From an uncultured Lachnospiraceae bacterium (lineage in GTDB: Bacteria > Bacillota > Clostridia > Oscillospirales > CAG-272), in NCBI GenBank assembly GCA_964631595.1, contig CAZVXL010000010.1, positions 685 to 64,684 on the forward strand: DNA of 64,000 nucleotides. The letters are read 5' to 3'. The position numbers were made by a program, and so were the translations under genes. Below the pieces are notes generated by a model. That model saw nothing but the letters and a program-made list of their open reading frames with translations. It was not told the DNA's origin and did not search any database. Below, in pieces: positions 59,318-64,000 of this stretch. Positions within the stretch are counted from its first letter, which is position 1. The number at the start of each line of letters is the position of its first letter.

Positions 59318-60835
59318 ATGGACAAGACAAAGCTGACGCTTGCCGGAGCGGATAACAGGCAGCTCACAACACCGTACATGAATCAGAGCACCCTCACCGA
59401 GGCCGGGGAGGAGTTCGTGCTCCCCGATTATTATCCGGAGGTGAGACGGGTGGTATCCGCTCTTTGCCACGTGCTTCCGGAGGCGTGGTACGATAACGGG
59501 GATTCCGTGGAGCAGGGCGGAGTCGTGGCATTTACGGTGCTGTATCTGGGGGATGACGGATCACTGACGGCAGCTCCGCTGACGACTGATTTTACGGCGG
59601 TGCTGCCGATACAGAGCATCGGTGAGCGCTCGTCTGCGGTATACTCGGTAGACACATCCGTCGAGAGCGTGACGTGCCGCGCCACGGGACCGAGGAGACT
59701 TGTGCTCCGCGCAAGGATAAGGACTGCGGTGGTGGGCGAGAGACGGCAGAGCACGGATGTGCAGATATGCGATATCGGCGGCGGCTCGGTAACGGCGGCG
59801 GAAAAGCTCAGTATACAGCACATGGAAAATCAGGTGCAGTCGATGCGCCGAGCGCTCGGACGGATCACGGGGAATGTCGGCGGAGAGCTGAGAGAGCATT
59901 CGGGAACGAAGCCCGTCATGTGCGACGGGGAGATAATGATAAACGAGGCGGTGCTGTCCGACGGGAGCGTGACGGTCAAGGGGGAGGCTGTGCTGTGGTG
60001 TATTTGCTTCGGCGCAGACGGGCTTTACTATAAGACCTCATCGAAGGCACCGTTTCAGGAGAGCCTGAGCCTTGAGGGGGAGAGCATTGCGGAGGGGTGC
60101 GCCAGAGCGTGGGGCAGATGCGCGGCTGTAAATCTGAGAGATTCCGAGGACGGTACCTTTTCGTGGGATATGGAGTACGATCTTGAGTGCGAGGCGGCGT
60201 GCAACGTGACTGTCGGCGTGACGGCGGATATGTATTCGACGATGTGGTCGGGAAATGCCGTTACAGATGAGTGTGATTCGCTGTCACTGCTGAAATGCGG
60301 TGGAGGTCGCCTCTCACTGAGCGGGAATATGCGACGCGGCGGAAACGGAGCCACGGGCGATTATGTGATCGGCTCATACGGCAAGGCATCCTGCGAAAGG
60401 CTTGAGAGGAACGGCACGCGGCTGATCCTCACGGGCTCTGCCGATGTTAAGGTGCTCATATGCGGCGGAGGAGAGGTCACGGAGGAGAACGTCCGTCTGC
60501 CCTTCAGATACGAGACCGACTGCGCCGCCGACGGAGACGGAGAGCTGTGGTGGAGATGCGATGCCTCGGCAGTGGAAACGGGCGCGCGCTTGGATGGAGA
60601 CGAGATCTGTGTGACGGCGGAGCTGTCGCTGAGTATATTCGTCGGATCGCGGAGCAGAGTGCCGTATGTAACGTGCTTGCGGCTTGACCGAGCCGGCGAA
60701 AAGGACAGCTCCGAAGATGCGGTGCGGATATACTATCCCTCGGAGGGTGAAACGGCGTGGGATATAGCCAAGAAATACAGGATACCGAAGAATTCGGTCA
60801 CGGAGGTCACGGAGAACGGAGTTGTCATCGAATAG
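59318..60835 (+). CDS. SPOCS (DUF3794) repeat + C-terminal LysM spore coat morphogenetic protein (SipL-like)
   Basis: EEFVLPDYYPEVRRV N-terminus, repeated beta-rich domains, IYY..GETAWDIAKKYRI LysM. Confidence 0.78.
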   Translation: MDKTKLTLAGADNRQLTTPYMNQSTLTEAGEEFVLPDYYPEVRRVVSALCHVLPEAWYDNGDSVEQGGVVAFTVLYLGDDGSLTAAPLTTDFTAVLPIQSIGERSSAVYSVDTSVESVTCRATGPRRLVLRARIRTAVVGERRQSTDVQICDIGGGSVTAAEKLSIQHMENQVQSMRRALGRITGNVGGELREHSGTKPVMCDGEIMINEAVLSDGSVTVKGEAVLWCICFGADGLYYKTSSKAPFQESLSLEGESIAEGCARAWGRCAAVNLRDSEDGTFSWDMEYDLECEAACNVTVGVTADMYSTMWSGNAVTDECDSLSLLKCGGGRLSLSGNMRRGGNGATGDYVIGSYGKASCERLERNGTRLILTGSADVKVLICGGGEVTEENVRLPFRYETDCAADGDGELWWRCDASAVETGARLDGDEICVTAELSLSIFVGSRSRVPYVTCLRLDRAGEKDSSEDAVRIYYPSEGETAWDIAKKYRIPKNSVTEVTENGVVIE

Positions 60836-60912
60836 GGCGCAGAGGACTTTGTGCGGTGAGCTGATTCTGAGGTGACGGCCGCCCGCCCTGCTGTGAGCGA
60901 TAAGGCAAAAGG

Positions 60913-60955
60913 AAAAGGGTGCAGTAAAGACATTGCTTTTACTGCACCCTTAAAA
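60913..60955. terminator. Bidirectional terminator
   Basis: aagggtgcagtaaa / tttactgcaccctt between convergent genes. Confidence 0.85.
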
Positions 60956-60968
60956 GTCCGGATACTAT

Positions 60969-61817
60969 TTATGCGGGATTGCCCAAGGTGACATCCCAGC
61001 CTGCAAGATACTTCAGAAGAAGTGTTACGTCGGCAAGATTTACCGCGTTGTCGGCGTTTGCGTCGGCGGCAATTGAGTTGATGGTGACATCCCAGCTTGC
61101 GAGATGCTTCAGAAGAAGCGTTACGTCGGCAAGGCTTACGTCACCGTCATCGTTGATGTCACCAATGATGAGCTGCACACCGAGACCTGTGATATAGGAA
61201 TATCCGCAGATATCGCAGGTGTAGAGAATGTAGCCTTCGGTCGTTTCCGTGGGGGGAACTATCGTGGAGGAGTAGCTGTGGGTATGCGCCGTTACGGTTG
61301 AGGAATTAAGCGCGATCTGATCGGCGGTGTATTCCTTTTCGGCAAGGGAGAGCTCCTTCGAGGGCATTGAGAAGGGCATAGCCTCATCATCGAGCGAAAG
61401 GGAAAGAGTGTATTCCGTTCCGTCCTCGGCGGGTCTGTTGAGATTGAAATCCAGAATTGCGATGAGAGTGGTGCCCGCTTTGAATACGGGATCGGTATCG
61501 GCCCAGAGCAGAGCGTAGGGAGTTGCGGAAAGATGCTCCGAGGATACGGTCAAGCCGTCGATGAGCCACTGCGGCTCCTTGGAGAGGGACATGAGCTTCG
61601 TGCTGTAATTTACAAACAGCTTGAAGGCTCCGAGCTCATAGCCGCTTGCGTCCTCGGGAAGAACGGCGGATACGACAGCCGTAAGCGTGGTGTCACCGGT
61701 CTCAACGGGATTGGCGGTTATTTCAAATGTGACCTCCGGCTCCGCCGCGGGAGCGGCGATGCAGAAAAGACTTGTGATAAGCGCAACGGCGCAGATCACG
61801 GAAATAAGCTTTTTCAT
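60969..61817 (-). CDS. Secreted cohesin + HxH/CxxC module + dockerin (paralog A)
   Basis: Signal; YELGAFKLFVNY..LLWAD..LDFNL; HTHSY..TCDICG; GDINDDGDVSLAD / DANADNAVNLAD. Confidence 0.8.
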   Translation of the reverse strand: MKKLISVICAVALITSLFCIAAPAAEPEVTFEITANPVETGDTTLTAVVSAVLPEDASGYELGAFKLFVNYSTKLMSLSKEPQWLIDGLTVSSEHLSATPYALLWADTDPVFKAGTTLIAILDFNLNRPAEDGTEYTLSLSLDDEAMPFSMPSKELSLAEKEYTADQIALNSSTVTAHTHSYSSTIVPPTETTEGYILYTCDICGYSYITGLGVQLIIGDINDDGDVSLADVTLLLKHLASWDVTINSIAADANADNAVNLADVTLLLKYLAGWDVTLGNPA

Positions 61818-61855
61818 TTTGAATTCTCCTTTGATCGTTCGGAAGATTTGAGTAC

Positions 61856-61884
61856 ATTATAGCATGACAGCGGGGAAAATACAA
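61856..61884 (-). promoter_or_regulatory. Promoter of paralog A
   Basis: TTGTAT-17-TATAAT with extended TG. Confidence 0.75.
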
Positions 61885-61913
61885 GCCCCTGCGATGTATT
61901 CCGCGCGATTTCG

Positions 61914-61942
61914 AAAAAGGAGACTCCCGAGGGAGCCTCCTT
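61914..61942 (-). terminator. Terminator of paralog B
   Basis: aaggagactccc / gggagcctcctt with an A-tract. Confidence 0.75.
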
Positions 61943-61951
61943 AGGTAGGCG

Positions 61952-62836
61952 TTATTTCAGAGTGACATCCCAGCCTGCGAGATGCTTCAGAAGAAGCGTT
62001 GCATCTGCGAGGGTGACCTCGCTGTCATCGTTGACGTCGGCGGCATCGGTATTGATCGTAACATCCCAGCTTGCGAGATGCTTCAGAAGAAGCGTTACGT
62101 CGGAAAGATTTACGTCTCCGTCATCGTTGACGTCACCGGGAGTGGCGGTGATGGGATCTACGTAGCTGTCAACGTAGGAATCGCCGCATCCGCTACAGGT
62201 GTGTGTGGTGTATCCCTGCTCGGTCTTGGTCGGAGGAGTTACAACGGATACATAGCTGTGAGTATGTACGGTGAAGGTCGCGGAAACGAGCACGATCTGT
62301 GCAGCGGTGTAGACCGTTTCGGTGTATGTGCCGTCCTGCGATGCCATAGAGGTGGGCATGGAGGACTCGTCGATATTGTCTATATCCAGAGAGATGGCGT
62401 ATACGTCGCCCTCTGCGGCGGCCTTGGCAAGATCAAAGCTGAACTCTGCCGCAACTGTGGTTCCTGCCGCAAATACGGGATTAACGCTTGCCCAAAGCAG
62501 ATTGTAGGGCATATCGGTGACCTCTTTGCTCTGCATGGTGCTTCCCTTGATCTTCCAAGAGGGCTTCTTTGCGAGAGTCATAACAGAGGTATCGTAGTTC
62601 ATGTGCAGAAAGAACTGACCGAGCTCGTAGCCGGTCGCATCCTCGGGGAGCGTAACGGTAAGCTTGGCGCTGAGAGCCGTATCACCCGCGGCAACGGGAT
62701 CAATGACCATTGCGAAGCTTACGGGGCAGGTGTCATTTCCGGCGGCAGCCGAATCGGAGCCCTCTGCAACGATACCGATACAGCAAAGGCTTGCGATAAC
62801 GGCAATAGCACATATTACTGAAATAAGCTTTTTCAT
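61952..62836 (-). CDS. Secreted cohesin + HxH/CxxC module + dockerin (paralog B)
   Basis: Signal; YELGQFFLHMNYD..LLWAS..FSFDL; HTHSY..TCSGCG; GDVNDDGDVNLSD / DVNDDSEVTLAD. Confidence 0.8.
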   Translation of the reverse strand: MKKLISVICAIAVIASLCCIGIVAEGSDSAAAGNDTCPVSFAMVIDPVAAGDTALSAKLTVTLPEDATGYELGQFFLHMNYDTSVMTLAKKPSWKIKGSTMQSKEVTDMPYNLLWASVNPVFAAGTTVAAEFSFDLAKAAAEGDVYAISLDIDNIDESSMPTSMASQDGTYTETVYTAAQIVLVSATFTVHTHSYVSVVTPPTKTEQGYTTHTCSGCGDSYVDSYVDPITATPGDVNDDGDVNLSDVTLLLKHLASWDVTINTDAADVNDDSEVTLADATLLLKHLAGWDVTLK

Positions 62837-62887
62837 GTTCGATTTTCTCCTTTTTGATCGTAAACTGCAAAGCAGCTACACTACAAA

Positions 62888-62923
62888 TACATTGTAGCAC
62901 AATGACAGTAAAAATGCAAGTAT
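62888..62923 (-). promoter_or_regulatory. Promoter of paralog B (36 nt identical to that of paralog C)
   Basis: TTGCAT-17-TACAAT; palindrome CATTGT-3-ACAATG over the -10 box. Confidence 0.8.
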
Positions 62924-63002
62924 AATTTTGTATTTTCGGTCTTTCCGCTGAAAGAACGTGACGGCGGCGGATATCGGGGGCGGAGAAGGGCGGCGGGAGT
63001 AC

Positions 63003-63031
63003 AAAAAGACACCCGCCGAGGGCGGGTGTCT
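63003..63031 (-). terminator. Terminator of paralog C
   Basis: agacacccgcc / ggcgggtgtct with an A-tract. Confidence 0.85.
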
Positions 63032-63054
63032 ACAATGTATTATGGTGGGGAGAG

Positions 63055-63786
63055 TTATTTCAGAACAACGCTCCAGCCTGCGAGGTACTTCAGAAGAAGT
63101 GTTGCGTCTGCGAGGTTTACATCGCTGTCTGCGTTAACGTCTGCCGCAGAGGTGTTGACGGAAACATCCCAGCTTGCGAGGTGCTTCAGAAGGAGAGTTA
63201 CGTCGGCAAGATTTACGTCACCGTCGGAGTTGATATCACCGGAAACGGTACCGCCAACAGTGATGGTTGCGGGAACAAGAGTTACCTGCTCTGCGGTGTA
63301 CTGATAATCCGGATATTCTCCGTCCTTGGAGGGCATTGCGTAGGGAAGATTGTCATCTGCAACAGCAACGGAGATGTTGTAGGTGTCGCCGTCCTCGGCG
63401 GGCTTTGCAAGCTTGAAGTTAAGAGTTACAACAACATTGCGTCCTGCAACGAAGATAGGCTTCAGGTTAGCCCATGCGATTCTGAAGGGGCAAGCCTTAG
63501 CGTTCTCGGAGGTAGCGGCAGTACCCTTAACAGCCAGCTTGGGAACCTCGGTGAGAGTCATGACATCCTTATCGTATACGATATCAACAACAAAACCGCC
63601 GAGCTCGTAGCCGGTAGCGTTATCGGGGAGAGTGATAACAAAATCTGCGGTAACGGTAGTAGCGCCTGCGGCAACATTGCCTGCTTCAACAGCAAAGGTC
63701 AGTGCGGGATCTGCTGCGGGAACGGCGAGGCATGCCATACTTGCGATCATGGCAAGCGCGCAAATTGCGGAAATGATTTTTTTCAT
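63055..63786 (-). CDS. Secreted minimal cohesin + dockerin protein (paralog C)
   Basis: Signal; YELGGFVVDIVYD..IAWAN..LNFKL; short linker; GDINSDGDVNLAD / DVNADSDVNLAD. Confidence 0.8.
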   Translation of the reverse strand: MKKIISAICALAMIASMACLAVPAADPALTFAVEAGNVAAGATTVTADFVITLPDNATGYELGGFVVDIVYDKDVMTLTEVPKLAVKGTAATSENAKACPFRIAWANLKPIFVAGRNVVVTLNFKLAKPAEDGDTYNISVAVADDNLPYAMPSKDGEYPDYQYTAEQVTLVPATITVGGTVSGDINSDGDVNLADVTLLLKHLASWDVSVNTSAADVNADSDVNLADATLLLKYLAGWSVVLK

Positions 63787-63836
63787 GTTTGATGTTCTCC
63801 TTTTTGATTATGAGCCATTGACAGCTTCATCATGTG

Positions 63837-63872
63837 TACATTGTAGCACAATGACAGTAAAAATGCAAGTAT
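63837..63872 (-). promoter_or_regulatory. Promoter of paralog C
   Basis: Identical to 62888-62923: TTGCAT-17-TACAAT plus the same palindrome. Confidence 0.8.
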
Positions 63873-64000
63873 TAATTTGTATTTTTAGCACCTTTTATTG
63901 CAATATGGCAAAAATATATGCAAAATTTTCGGCGGCGGCGACAAGTACGCGGCAAACGAAAAAATACCGACCGCAAATGCTCAGGGTGAATAAGGAAGTA

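Noticed and set aside
60969-63786. Diversity-generating retroelement or invertible locus behind the dockerin repeats
   Set aside because: No reverse transcriptase or recombinase nearby, differences are not adenine-specific, and all repeats are direct and coding

Overview
A 64-kb chromosomal segment from a GC-rich, probably spore-forming Clostridia-type firmicute (Oscillospirales/Ruminococcaceae-like; taxonomy inferred from gene content only). Most of it is housekeeping: the arg operon (argG-H-C-J-B-D-F) with ARG boxes, an aconitase-like hydratase, lepA-hemW-mnmA-tcdA, birA-bioY, dut, pyk, thiI-deoC-deoD-deoB, the dcw cluster (mraZ to ftsZ, without murD or ftsA), wecB, recG, a CPA2 antiporter, an amidase, a UAP-type uridylyltransferase and a SPOCS-LysM coat gene. 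Scattered through it is a non-cellulolytic cohesin-dockerin surface system. Its parts are one wall-anchored single-cohesin protein (27525-28298), three tandem paralogous cohesin+dockerin proteins with their own promoters (60969-63786), a lectin-like/cohesin-like/dockerin protein (24632-26113) and two X-module+dockerin cargo proteins (DUF4091/GH123-like, CBM9-like). All six dockerins share the same L/I-A/G/S-D...K..A-G/S/K-W signature, and the adaptor cohesins are paralogs of the anchor cohesin. This suggests (inference, untested) head-to-tail polymerising cohesin-dockerin chains rooted on the wall and capped by enzymes. No rRNA, tRNA, CRISPR array or mobile element was recognised. Domain calls are by eye from motifs; no database searches were run.
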